From the NCBI RefSeq assembly GCF_009914755.1, contig NC_060947.1: 64,000 nt of DNA. One strand, given 5' to 3'. Of this stretch, positions 30,505-45,725 are shown one piece after another. Each line of letters starts with the position of its first letter. Position 1 is the first letter of the stretch. The DNA is from the human T2T-CHM13v2.0 reference genome, Homo sapiens. A model generated the notes under the pieces. The model saw only the letters and a program-made list of their open reading frames with translations. It made no database searches and was not told the DNA's origin. A program made the translations under genes and the position numbers.

Positions 30505-33500
30505 ACTTCTTCATGTCCAAGATGGTAGATTGGTGTCATTATTAGTATGCATCACCCAGTTGGAAAGACAAAATAGTGTATAGAGATTCACATTGTGAAC
30601 TTTCTTCCAAGAAATAATGCAGGAAGTTAACAGGGAAACTAAAAGAAACCACGGATTCTTTGAAAGAAGTGTTGGGTTGGAGCCTACATCATGAGCCAGG
30701 TGGAAAACTGTAAGTCTCCAGAATGTGAGAGGAGGACAAACTGCCTCCAGAGTATACACTACCAACAGGGAACCTAGCAATTCAGGCCATGAGGGAAGTC
30801 TTTACTCTGATCCAGCATTGGAGCTAATTTAGTGAGCAGTGGGGAGTATATGAAAAAAAAAAATGTGACATTGGGACACGCTTTGTGTGCATTTCCAGTA
30901 TCCAGAAGGAATTGAGGGAAGCCATTCACTATTCTACCAAACAGGGGTCCTTGTGAAAATTTTACAGCTAACCCAGGAAGTGGTCACAGGCAGAGAGAAC
31001 CTCCCAAATGAAATTTGTGTTATAATTATGAGTAAGGACAAAACACTTTGGGCAGAACTGAGGGACAAGTGGGAAGTGTGCTGCAGCCACAGATGCAGGA
31101 ACTGGGTGCCCTTGCTTTGTAGGCAGATCACAAGGGGCATGGCCTGTAAGCCATGGGTGTTGTGTCCTTGGGGAAGGTGTATGGCCTGGGGCAATTTTAA
31201 GTTCTGAGTGCAGACTGCTTAGAAACTACTTAGCTGCTGTTAGTGGAACACTGTGGGTGCAAGACCTTCCTTGCCAAGTGTATGGGAGCTGGTTAGGGTT
31301 TACTATTACCTGCTACCCCCAGCTCCCTTTACAGGCTTTTCTGTACAGCAGAAGCAGCTGCACTCCTTTCTGGAACATTACCCCTGGGGCCAGAGAACCA
31401 CTTTCTGATCCCCATGGGGGCTGCTGCTTTTGAGCACACAAGGAGAGCCAGAGTATGGACTCGCCGGACCCAACCTCTAGGTAAGTTTGCCCCTCCAACC
31501 ACCCTGGTAGTTTAACAGAAAGGACAGATCTTTTGGGAGCTCAATGGCCTCAGCAATTGCCTGAGTCACCAGAGTACCACCCCTGGGTAACATAAGGCAA
31601 GACAAATCGCACTGCTACCACTGCAACTGGTGGCCTTTTGCAGGCACCACCACCTGGGTAGAAGCCAACTGTCACAGTCTATTATGGCATCTGCAGGCAC
31701 AATAACACCATGCAGGAAGAAAAAGAAAAAAGCTTGTGCATGACCTCAGCTATCACCATTGCCTGCATCACCCTGACTAGCCAGGGCTTCCTGAGTCTCT
31801 CCACATGACCCGTTTATTACTACTATAACTGGCATTTGAGAAAGCCAATACACTAAAGCTATTTATAACAAAGTAATCTCACACAGTCTATATCATTCCC
31901 CTCCCACTCCCATCAGAGCAGGTGTTGGAACCAGCTGTTGGGAGTCTTGAGAAAAGGTCTCATCACTGGACCCCTTGTGGGCATTCCCCACCACCAGCCT
32001 AGAATTTGGCTGCCACAGTGGGTGGCTAGACTCAGAGGAGAAGCATCACTCATTAGTCTGGCCCTCAGGGACTCCTACTCCTAGGGGAAGGGGTACTATA
32101 CCACATCAAGGGAGCACCCCATGGTACAAAAGAATGCAGACAGCAGGCCTTGAGACCCAGAACTTTCCACTTGTGGGAAGTATCTTTCAGTAGAGTGACA
32201 GTTGTAGTGCTAAGCTCAAGGAGATTTCTCCCTCTCATCCACCACTGCAGACAGAGGTGGCAATTCTCCATGTGAGCTCAGTGTGGGTACACATGTAGGT
32301 AGTCTTTTTAGAACACTTTAGAGTGATTGCATTCCCACAGGAGGAGTGCCTTCCAGGTTTTCACTTTCATGAAAGGTAGAGTCATAATCCCTCTATACAT
32401 GGAGCATCAGCACTACTGCAAATGAAAAGTGGTCCCTGTCTGATATGAATAGCCAGAACACTGGGTCAGGAGTATGACTGGGAGATGGATTGCTTTCCTA
32501 TTGGCTTGCCAGAGAAGCTGAGGTGGCTCCCTTCCTTACCTCTGAAAAGACCAATGTGTTTCACTGAGAGCTCCCCCAGCTGCCTCTGTCAAGGTTAGGA
32601 CCTCTGCTCATCATTGGTTATTGCATTTACCAACTTGCTTTAACCACAGACAGTTTTTACCCACGGACACTTCCCTTACTGGCCTGAAGCCTGAACTGTT
32701 CAGCCCAATAAATAAGACACTGGGGAAAAAATAAATAAATAAAAACATACACACCACTGGGGAACAAGATAAGCTTTAAGAGACTTCTGCCATTACAACC
32801 CCACAGGAGACAGTTAAACTAAACACACTCTGAGCACATTTCAACTGCAACAAACACCTTTGAAAGCCACCATGCAAATATTCTGTATAGTCAAGGAACT
32901 CATACAGAGCCTTCATCTCTGAAAGCACACAGATCTGACTTATATTACAATCAGCTATAAACATTAAAGTCACAGTGCCAAGGGGGAAAATTTTGAAAAA
33001 TCACAATCATATCAAAAATAAATTCAAAAATAATTAGAAGAAATAGTTTATCCTAATGAGAAGGAACCAGAAAAATAATTTTGGCCATATGACAAAATAG
33101 GGTTCTACAACACCCCCAAAAGATCACAATAGCTCTCTAGCAATCGATTCAACCAAAGACGAAATTTTTGAAATACCAGACAAAATGTATCTCTATCAAA
33201 AAGAACATAGAAGAGAAGGGTGAAAATCAACATAAAAAAATTAAGAAAACAATTCAGGGTATGAATGAAAACTTTTCTAAAGAGACAGATATTTTAAAGA
33301 AAAAATATCAGAAATTCTGAAAATAAAAGGCATATTTAGGGAATTAAAAAATGCAATGGAAAGTTACACCAATAGACTAGAAAAAGTGAATGATAAAATT
33401 TCAGAGCTCAAAGACAAGACTTTTTAACTAACCCAACCAAACAAAAACAAACAAAAAAAGAATTAAATGGACAAAGTCTCTACAACATATAGGATTATGT

Positions 33501-36362
33501 AAAATGGTTAAGTATAAAAATCATTGGTGTTCCCAAGGGAGAAAAAAAAAAAGTTTGGAAAACTTATCTGTGAGAAAAACTTCCCTGGCCTTGTTAGAGA
33601 TTTAGACATCAAAATATCAGAAGCTCAAAGAAATCCTGGGAGATTTATTGCAAAACGGACATCACCAAGGGAAATACTCATCAGACTATCTAAAGTCAAC
33701 ATGAAGGAAATAATTCTAAGAACACTGAGGCAAAAATATTAGGTAATCAATGAAGAAAAAATCTATCAGACTAATAGCAGACTTATCGGCAGGAACTTTA
33801 TGAGCCAGAGGAATTGGGGATTCTATGTTTAGCCTTCTTAAACAGAATAACTGCCAACCAATCATTCTGTACGTAGCAAAACTAAGTTTCATAAATGAAG
33901 GAGAAACAAAGTCTTTTCCAGATAAGCAAATACTGAGGGAATTTGTCACTAGCCCTACAAAAAATGCTAAGAAGAGTACAAAGGCTTGAAAAAAGGTCAA
34001 TATGCACCAGAATAGAACCTCTTTAAATCATAAAACTCACAGGGCTTATAAGACAATACGACATGAGGAAAACAAAATATTTAGGTAACAATAAACAACA
34101 TGACTGGGACAGTACCTTACATTTCAATATTAACATGGAATGTAAATGGACTAAATGCTCCACTTAAAAGATACAGATTGTCTTAGTAAACAAAAAATGT
34201 CACAAACCGACTATCTGCTGTCTTCAATAGACTCATCTAACATGTTAGGATTCATACAGATTCAAGCTAAAAGGTGGAAAATATATTCCATGCAAATAAA
34301 AACCAAAAGCAAGCAGGAGCTGCTATTCTTATAACAGAAAAAAACAGATTTTAAAGCCACAACAGTACAAAAAGACAAAAAGCTCATTATATAATGATAA
34401 AAGGATCGATTCAACAAGATATTATCACCCTAAATATATATGCGCCTAACTCTGGAGCTACCAGATTCATAAAACAATTACTACTAGACCTAAGGAAAGT
34501 GATAGACAGCAACATAATAATAGTGGAGAACTTAAATACTCTACTGACAGCACTAGACAGATCATTGAGGCAGAAAGTCAATGAAGAAACATTGAACTTA
34601 AACTATTCTCTAGAACACATATCAGAACACATAATATCAGATATTTACAAAGGATTCTACCCAAGAACTGCAGATATACACTCTCCTCATTAGTACACTA
34701 AACATTCTCAAATAAAGAATGAAAACCGTTTTATAATAGCTGCAAAAAATTATCCTGGGATTATAATTAACCAAGGAAGTGAAAGATCTCTACAAGGAGA
34801 ACAGCAAAACACTTCTGAAAATAATCAGAAGACATAAACAAATAAAAATACATTACATGCTCTCAGATTGGAAGATTTAATATGGAATATCATGAAAATG
34901 ACCGTACTGCCCAAAGAAATCTATAGATTCAGTGCAATTCCAATCAAAAGATTTACATCATTTCTTACAGAATTAGAAAAAATAATCCTGAAATCCATAG
35001 GAAACCGAAAAAGAGCCTGAATAGTTAAAGCAATCCTAAGTATAAGGAAAAAATCTGAAGATATTATATTACTTTGGCAAAGCATAAAAAATCCCATAAA
35101 TTGTGAAACGGAAACCCTATTCAATAAATGGTGCTAGGAAAACTGGATAGCCCCATGTAGAAGAATGAAATTGGATCTCTATCTCTCATCATTTACAAAA
35201 ATGTAGTCAAGATGGATCAAAGACGTAAATCCAAGTTGTGAAATCATAAAAATTACACAAGAAAGCCTAGAGAAAAAACACTTCTGCTCAATGTCCTAGG
35301 CAATGTTATGACCAAGACCCCAAAAGTGAATGCAACATAACCAAAAATAAATAAATAAAACCTAATTAAACTAAAAAGCTTCTACACTGCAAAAGAAATA
35401 ATCATCAAAGAAAACAGACAACACAAAGAATAGGAGAAAATATCTGCAAACTATGCATCTGACAAAGGACTAATATTCAGAATTTATAAGGAGCTCTAAG
35501 AAATCTGCAAGAAATAAAACCAAATATTCCCACTTAAAAACTGAGCAAGTTACATGAATAGACATTTTTCAAAAGAAAATAAATGGCCAAGAAACATATG
35601 AAACAATGCTCAACATCACTAATCATCAGGTGAATGCAAATTAAAATCATAATGAGATGCCATTTTACCCCAGCCAGAATGGCCATTATTAACAAGTCAA
35701 AAAAATAGATGTTGGTGTGGATGTGGTCAAAAGGAGACCCTTACACACTGCTGGTGCAAATGTAAATTAAGGTAGCCTCTATGGAAAACAGTATGGATAT
35801 TTACTTTAAAAACTAACAATATATCTAACATTTTTTCCAGCAATCCCACTACTGGGTATCTACCCAAGGGAAAATAAGTCATTACATTAAAAACCCACTG
35901 GCACACATACGTTTATTGCAGCACAACTCACAATTGCAAAGATATTGAACCAACTTAAGTGCCCATCAACTGTTGTATAGGTAAAGAAAATGTGGTGTGT
36001 ATACACCAGGGAATACTACTCAACTATAAGAAGAATAAAATAATGTCTTTTGAAGGAACTTGTATGGAGCTTGAGGCTATTATACTAAGTAAAGTAACTC
36101 AGGAATGGAAAACCAAATACTGTATGTTCTCATTTATAAGTGGGAGCTAAGCTATGGGTACACAAAGGCATATGGAGTGATATAATATATGCTGGGAATC
36201 AGAAGGGGATGTGAAGAAAGTGAGGGATAAAAAAACTACATGTTGGGTACAATGTGCACTACTGGGATGATGAGTGCACTAAAATCTCAGACTTCACCAC
36301 AATGTAATTTACCATGCAACCAAAAACCACTTGTGCCCCCAAAACTACTGAAAGTAAAAAAT
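30505..36362 (+). mobile_element. LINE-1, L1PB3/4-like, intact ends with large ORF2 deletion
   Basis: 5' end ccaagatgg…gagattcacattgtgaact, ~2.5-kb 5'UTR, ORF1, EN remnant (34394-34693 LNIYAPN), 3' end ctcagacttcaccac…aaaccacttgtgccccc. Confidence 0.85.
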
Positions 36363-36899
36363 ATATAGGATGGATAGAGAAATACGGCAGAAGAGAAACC
36401 TATGCTATTTTCCCCCCACTGGAATAACAAATGTTAACAACTATATGCACAAGGAAATGTACCTTCACAAGAACCAAAAATAAGGAAAGCAATCACAGTA
36501 CCTGATTAATTTCATATTGCTGAAAGAGGAATTGATAAGAGCAGAAGAGACAGGCTGGAATCACCTACATCACTCCTTCCCTATTAACTAGCATGGCCAT
36601 GCAGTGAAGAGAGTGAATGTGTGCACTTTGGGTAGGAAGAGTGCATCAAGTTTGGGGGACTTTACATTGAACTCAGTGCTGCTCTTATTCTTATTCTCAG
36701 TAGAGAATAAGGTCATACTGGGTTCAACCAGTGCCCACACATGAAAGCAACATTTTTACCAGCCCTAGCCACAGGGGAGTTACCCAGCACAGCAATCAGG
36801 ACTTGACTTTATCTGCAAACCTTGCCACAATGGGCTGAAGTGCTCTGGGGTCCTAGGTAAACTTGAAAGGCAGTCCGGGACACAAGAACTGCAATTCTT

Positions 36900-37176
36900 T
36901 TTTTTTTTTTTTTTTGGCAGTTTTTTGCCTGAGAGCATTTCATTTATTTTTTTATTTTTTAATTTTATTATTATTACACTTTAAGTTTTAGGGTACATGT
37001 GCACAATGTGCAGGTTTGTTACATATGTATACATGTGCCATGTTGGTGTGCTGCACCCATTAACTCGTCATTTAACATTAGGCATATCTCCTAATGCTAT
37101 CCCTCCCCCCTCCCCCTACCCCACAACAGTCCCTGGAGTGTGATGTTCCCCTTCCTGTGTCCATGTGTTCTCATTG
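36900..37176 (-). mobile_element. Short L1PA3-5-like 3' end with two A-tails
   Basis: Perfect 16-bp TSD aagaactgcaattctt at 36884-36899 and 37177-37192. Confidence 0.93.
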
Positions 37177-38385
37177 AAGAACTGCAATTCTTAGGCAACA
37201 CCTAGTGCTATGCTGGGCTTACAGCCTGTGAACTAGGATGGCATGTGACCTAAGGAGACACCACCTGGTGCAGTTAAGTGAGTGCTGTGCCATCCCTCCC
37301 CCATCCCCAGGTAGTGCAGCTCACCACAAGAAGTCACTTCCTCCTTCTGCTTAAAGAGGGAAGAGCAAAGAGTAAAGAGGACTTTGTCTTGCATCCTACA
37401 TACAAGCTCAACCACAGTAGAATAGGGCACGAGGCAGAGTCATGAGGACCTTATTTTAGGCCCTAGCTTCCAGATGGCATTTCTAGACACACTCTGAGCC
37501 AAAAGGGAACCTTGTGACTTAAAAGGAAGGACACAATCTTGGCAGGATTTATCATCTTCTGACTAAAGAACCCTTGGGCCCCGAATGACCGGTAGTGATA
37601 CATAGGTTGTACACCATGGGCCTTGGGCTGTGAGACATACTGGCTTTCAGGGTAACCCAGCAAATTCACAGCTGTGGTGGCTACAAGGAAAGACTCCTTC
37701 TGTTTGAGAAGAACAGAGAAGACTAAAAGGAACTTTGTCTTGCACCTTAGGTACCAGCTCGGTCACAATAAGGTAGAGCAACAAGCAGGCTCTTGGGGTC
37801 CTTGACTCCAGGCCTGGACTCTTGCACAGCATTTCTAGACCTGCCCTTGGTCAGAGGGGAGCACAGTTTCCTGAAGCATGAGTCTCAAGCCTGGCTGAAT
37901 TTACCTCAACGTGATGGAAGAATATTTGGACTTGAAGCGAACATTGCCAGTGGCCTGGCAGAAGCCCTGGTAGAGCAGTGGTGGTGGCAGAAACAAGCAG
38001 AAGTTTCTCTGCCTGTAGAAAGGGGAGGAAAGAGTGGGAAGGAGTTGGTATTGTAGTCTGACTGTCATCTTAACCACAATTCATTGTAGAATAGAATAGA
38101 AGGTAAATTCCCAACATTTTAGACTCCAAAATCTGGCTCCCAGACAGCATCACTGGACAAGCCTGGGACTCTGGGACTCTGGGGAGCTCGTCACTGTGAA
38201 GGGAAGTTGCCTTGGGCAAGACCCAGTGCTGTGCTGGCTTCAGGTGTTACCCAGCACTATCTCAGTGTTGGTGGACAGAGTGATGCTTGAGTCATCATAC
38301 CTCCAGTTCCAGGTGGCTCAGCACAGACAGAGAGACTCTATTTGTTTGGGAAAAAATAAAGAAAAGAAGAATCTCTGCCTTGTAA

Positions 38386-38728
<343 letters not shown>

Positions 38729-41700
38729 TCCAAGATATTCTTTATATATTCAGATATACAAAGTGCTGAAGAAAATAACTTTTACCCTAGAATAATTTAT
38801 TTGGCAAAAATATCCTTCAAGTGTGAAGGAGAAATAGATAGCTTCCCAGACAAACAAATGCTAAGGGATTTCATCAATACGAAACCTTTCCTGCAAGAAA
38901 TGATAAAGAGAGTTGAGAGGGAAAGATGGCTTACTAGATCAAGCCCAGTGGAATAGCTGCCACCAAGGAACTGAGATGACTGGAGCATTTCTAACAGATC
39001 TTCAGAGGGAAGGCACCGAGGGTGGGCAAAGGAAAGACACAGAAGCTGAGCTGAAGGAGGAGGAAGCTTGGAACCCTGCATGTGGTTATCATGTACTGAG
39101 ACTCTTCTTGTCCCAGTGACTCCAGAGGAATGGGTGAGTTGAACTGACAAGGAGCAACTTACCCTGGCCACAGGCCTCTGGAATCCTGGCAAGAGGACAC
39201 CCTTTTACCACCATGGAAACTCTGGTTGGCAGGGAGAGCTGTTTAGAGAAGTGGTAGGGACAGCAAGGCAGTTGATGTGGAGCCCAGAGGGTTTGATGCG
39301 AGAGTATCTGTAGCAGAGCATGGACTGGAGTGGCCATTCTCCTAGGGTCAACTTGCTCTTATAAGAGACTTAAGCCCTAGGGGAACAGTCAGACCTAAAT
39401 TTTGCAAAGTGATCTTTCTCATCAGACGTGGCCAATTCAACCTGAGCACCTCTTGGTCTTCAGGCCTCTCCCAGGGCCCCAACATGGCTGTGCCTGCTTG
39501 CAGGGCAGCCTCAGGGCCCCTCAAGACCCACATTATATTTCCTGCACTGGTGGACTGTACCTGACTAGCAGGGAGCTCAAGCAAGGCAGCCCCATGGGCA
39601 TGCACCAGCTCATTTTCTCCCTGCCCACATTGCAGCTTCCCCTGGGACCATGGTAACCCCACTCATCACTTTGCCAGCATATGTGTGTGTGACATGGTTT
39701 TGCATTTTTTGTCCCTTCAGTGCAGGTATGTGTATGCACCTTGCCTTGCCCCTGCTGCAGCGAGTGTGCAGTCCACTCTCCTTCCCCTCACCAATGACCA
39801 CTGCAGTCAGTTTTTCCATGCACAGGGTCAGTCAGCCCCACCCTTTTGCCAACACTGCCAGGGGAGTAAAACTAGGTAGTCACTCAGACTATCCTGAGTG
39901 CCCTTCCCAACCTGCAGTGCACAGAGTGTACATGAACCTGCATCTGCCAGAGCTCCTCCTTGTGCCAACACCACCAAGAGGGCGTCTGTGCACACAGTCA
40001 CCAGCAGGGGATCCCAGACCTGCTGAACCACATTGCCTCTGCCATTGTGATAAACCCTAGCACAAAGGAAGGCACCTCAGCAGCCACTAGCACCCTGCCA
40101 TTCTGAAAAGCGTGCGCACTGCCCTGCTGCTGCTGGAACATGCAAACAAGGACAGATCCTACTATCACTGCGTTATGAATTGCTTTGCCTTCATCACCCA
40201 TGAAAGTGTAGTGAACAGCAGTCCAGAAACACTTTGTCTCCCCAGCACAGTGGATTTCCAGACTTGAGGAGGAAGAGAACAAAGGCAAGTTTGCCAGAGT
40301 TAGAACAGGCAGTCCAGGGGTTTAGAGCTGAGTGTTTGGCCCCATAAAATCTTCCAGAAATGAAGCCAGTCAGCTGAATTCACCTTATACCACAATAAAA
40401 CCCTCAAGGTCATCAAATGGGATTAAAAAAGACACCTAAAGTTCAGAAACTTCAAAGATTGAAGGAACACCATCTCACAAAGAAGAGAAAGAATCAGCAA
40501 AAAAACCCTGACAACTCAAATAGCCAGCATGCCTTTTTTCCTCCAAATGACCATACCACCTCTCCAGCTAGCTTTCTGAACCAGGCTTAGATGGCTGAAA
40601 TGACAGAAACAGAATTCAGAATATGGATAGGAACCAAGATCACTAAGATGCGAAAACACATTAAAATCCAATTCAAGGAAGCTAAGAATAATAAACAATG
40701 CAGGAGCTGACAGACAAAATAGTTAGTGTAGAAAATAATGTAACTGACCTGATAGAGTGAAAAAACACACCAAAAGCGTTCATAATACAATCACAAGTAT
40801 TAATAGCAGAATAGACGAAGCAAAGGAAAGAATCTTACAGCTCAAAGACTGGCTTTCTGAAATAAAACAGTGAGATAATAATAGAGAAAAATAAATAAAA
40901 GACAATGAACAGAACCTCTGAGAAATATGAGATTATGTAAAAAAAAAAATCTATGACTCATTGGCATCCCTGAAAAAGATGAGGAGAGTGTAAGCAACTT
41001 GGAAAACGTAATTCAGAATACCATCCATGAAATCTTTTTTAACCTAGCTAGAGAGGCCAACATTCCAATTCAGGAAATGCAGAGAACCCCTGTGAGATGC
41101 TTCACAAGAAGATCATCCCCAAGGAACATAATAATCAGATTCTCCAAGGTCAAAATAATAGAAAAACTGTTATAGGCAGCTAGAGAAAGAGGACAGGCAA
41201 TCTAAAAAAGGAAACCTATCAGACTAACAGTGGACCATTCAGCAGAAACCCTACAGTCAGAATAAATTAGGAACCAATATTCAAAATTCTTAAGGAGAAG
41301 AAATTCAAACGCAGAATTTAATATCTGGCCAAACTAAGCTTCACGAGTGAAGGAGAAATACGATCCTTTTTCAGACAATCAAATGCTTAGAGAATTTGTT
41401 ACTACCAGGTCTGCCCTAGAAGAGCTCCTAAAGGAAGCACTAAATATGGATAGAAAAGGCCATTACCAGCCACTATAAAAACACACTGCAGTACACAGAT
41501 CATTGACACTATAAAGCAGCCACATAATATGCAAACAAGTCTGCATATAAACCAGCTAATACCTTAATGACAGTATCAAATTTACACATATTAATACTAA
41601 CTTTGAATGTAAATGGCCTAAATGCCTTAATTAAAAGGCACCGAGTGGCAAGCTGGATAAAGAACCAAGACCCATTGGTATGCTGTCCTCAGGAGACTCA

Positions 41701-41923
41701 TCTTACATGCAATGACACTCATTGGCTCAAAATAAAGAAATGGAGGAAAATCAACAAAGCAAACTGAAAACAGAAAAAACAGGGGTTGCAATCCCAATTT
41801 CAGACAAAACTGACTTTAAAACAAAAAAGATCCAAAAAGTCAAAAATGAGCATTACATAAAGAGTTCAAGAAGACCTAACTCTTCTAAATATATATGCAC
41901 CCAACATAGGAGAACCTGGATTT

Positions 41924-41926
41924 ATT

Positions 41927-41961
<35 letters not shown>

Positions 41962-42294
41962 TTTTTGCAGTTGCAAGATTTAATAGAGTGAAAACAGAGC
42001 TCCCATACAAAGGGAGGGGACCCAAAGAAGGTAGCCTTTGCAGGCTTGAATGCCTGAGTTTATATCCTGATCATTGCCCCTCCCACTGTGCTCTCAGGCG
42101 ATAGATGATTGGCTATTTCTTTACCTCCTGTTTTTGCCTAATTAGCATTTTAGTGAGCTCTCTTTCCTACCTGATTGGTCGGGTGTGAGGTAAGTTGCAA
42201 GCCCCATGTTTAAAGGTGGATGTGGTCACCTTCCCAGCTAAGCTTAGGGATTCTTAGTTGGCCTATGAAATCCAGCCAGTCCTGTCTCTCAGTC
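41924..42294 (-). mobile_element. HERV-W LTR17 U3-R plus poly-A, L1-retroposed (processed) copy
   Basis: Reverse complement reads gac-tgagagacaggactggctggatttc…ttttcactctattaaatcttgcaactgca-(AAAT)n; no U5; TSD ggag(a/c)acctggattt at 41909-41923 and 42295-42309. Confidence 0.9.
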
Positions 42295-45209
42295 GGAGCA
42301 CCTGGATTTATAAAGGAAGTCCTTAAAGACCTAAAAGGAGGCTTAGATTTTCTCACAGTAATAGTGGGATACATAATCACCACACTGAGAGTATTAGATA
42401 GATCATCAAGGCAGTAAGCTAACAAAGATATTCAGAACCTGAGTGCAATGCTTGGCCAAATTGACCTAATCTACATCTACATAACTCTCCACTCAAGCAC
42501 AACAGAATATACATTTTTCTCATTGCCAAACACAACAGAATATACATTCTTCTCATTTACACATACCATAATATTGACTATGCAATCAAAAATAAAACAA
42601 GCCTCAGCAAAATCAAAGACATTGAAATGACACCAAACACACACTTGGACCACAGCAAAATGAAAGTAGAAATGGATATAAAGAAAATTGCTCAAAGCCA
42701 TGCAATTATCTGGAAAATAAAAAATCTGCTTCTGAATGACCTTTGGGTAAACAAGTAAGTGAAGAAGAAAATTAATAAATTGTTTGAAACTAATGAAAAC
42801 AAAGATACAACATAACAGAATCTCTGAAACACAGCTAAAGTAGTGTTAAGAGGAAAGTTTATAGCACTAAATACCCACATAAAAAATGTATAAACATCTC
42901 AAACTAACAACCTAACATTAATCCTATAGTAATTAGAGAAACAAAAGCAAACAAATTCTAAAGCTAGCAGAATAAAATAAATAACCAAAATCAGAGCTGA
43001 CCTGAATGAAAGTGAGATGAAAAAACCCTAAAAATAATCAATGAATCCAGGAGTTGGTTATTAAAAAGAAAAAATAAGACAGCTAAACAGCCAGCTAGAT
43101 TAACAAAGAAGAAAACAGGGCAGATACAACTAAATAAAATCAGAAATGACAAAGGGGGCATTACTAATAACCCCACAAAAATTTTTAAAAGTTATTGGAG
43201 ACTACTACAAGCAGCTCTATGCATACAAGATAGAAAGCCTAGAAGAAACAGACAAATTCCAGGAAACACATAACCTCCCAGATTCAACCAGGAAGAAATT
43301 GAATCTCTGAGCAGACCGATAATGAGTTCTGAAATTGAATCAGTAATAAATAGCCCACCAACCAGAAAAAGTCCAGGATGAGTTGGATCCACAGGAAGAA
43401 ATTGAATGCCTGAGCAGACCAATGATGAGTTCTGTAATTGAATCAGTAATAAATAGCCCACCAACCAGAAAAAAGTCCAGGATGAGTCAGATTCACAGCC
43501 AAATTCTAACAGATGTATAAATAAGAACAGGTACCATTTCTACTGAAACTATTCCAAATAATTGAGGAGTATGGACTCCTTCCTAAGCATTATCTAAGGC
43601 CAGCATCATGCTAATACCAAAAGCTGGCAGAGATACAACAAAAAATAAAAATTTCAGGCCAATATTTTTGATGAACATGAATGTAAATATCCTCAATAAA
43701 ATGCTAACAAAATAAATCCAGCAGCACGTGAAAAAGCTTATCCACCATGATCAAGTAGGCTTTTATCCATGAGATGTAACATTGGATAAGCACATGCAAA
43801 TCAGTAAATGTGATTCATCACATAAATAGAACTAAAGACAAAAACCACATAATTATCTCAATAGGTGCAGAAAAGGCTCTTGATAAAATTCAAAACTTCT
43901 TCAAGTTAAGAACTCTTAATACGCTAGGCTCTGAGGTAATATACCTCAAAATAATAACATCCATATATGACAAACCTGCAGCTAACATCATACTGAATTG
44001 GCAAACCTGGAAGCATTCTCCATGAAAATATATACACAACAAGGATGCTCTCTGTCATCACTGCTATTCAACATAGTATTGGATGTCCTGCCCAGATCAA
44101 CCAGGCAAGAGAAAGAAATAAGGGCAACCAAATAAGAAGAGAGAAAGTCAAACATGCCTGATGGCAGATGGTATGATCCTATGTCTAAAGGACCTATGAG
44201 ATTCTTGACCCCAGGCACTGTAAGCTGATAAACAATGAAAAATCAATGTACAAACATTACTAGGATTTGTATACATTAAGAACAGCCAAGCTGAGAACCA
44301 ACTCAGCAACACAATCACATTCACAATTTCTACAACATGATTAAAATACCTAGGAATACAGCTAACCCAGGAGAAGACAGATCTATATACAAGGAGAACT
44401 ACAAAACATGGCTCAAATAAATCAGAGATTACACAAATAAATGGAGAAACAGTTCATGCTCATGGATAGAATCAATATCAGTGTAATAGCCATACTGCCA
44501 AGAGCAACTTGTGGATTCAGTGCTATTCCTATTAAACTACCAGTGACATTCTTCAAAGAACTGGAAAATACTATTCAGAAATTCATGTGGAACCAAAAAA
44601 GAGCCCAAATAGCCATGGCAATCCTAAGCAAAATGAACAAAGCTGGAGGCATCATGCTACCTGTTTTCAAACTATATTACAGTATTACAATAACCAAAAC
44701 AGCATGGTACTGGTACAAAACCAAAACAGATAGTCAAATGGAACAGAATAGAGAGCCCAGACGTAAAGCCACACACCTACAACTATCTGACCTTTGACAA
44801 AGCTGCCAAAAACAAGCAATGGGGGAAATGAATCCCTATTTCATAAATGGTGCTGGGATAACTGGCTAGCCATAGGTAGAAAATTGAAACTGGACTCCTT
44901 CCTTACACCATATACAAAAATAAACTCAAGATGAAGTAAAGATTTAATTGTAAAACCAAAGACTATGAAAATCCTGGACAACAACATAGGCAATACCATT
45001 TTAGACATAGGACCTGACAAAGATTTTATGACAAAGATACCAAAAGCAATTGCATCAAAAACAAAAATTGACACGAGATTTAATTAAATTAAAGAGCTTC
45101 TGTGCAGAAAAATAAACTGTCAACAGAGCAAAAAGAAAACCTACAGATTAGGAGAAAATTTTTGCAAACTATTCCTCCAACTAAGGTCTAATATCCAGCG
45201 TCTGTAAGA

Positions 45210-45725
<516 letters not shown>

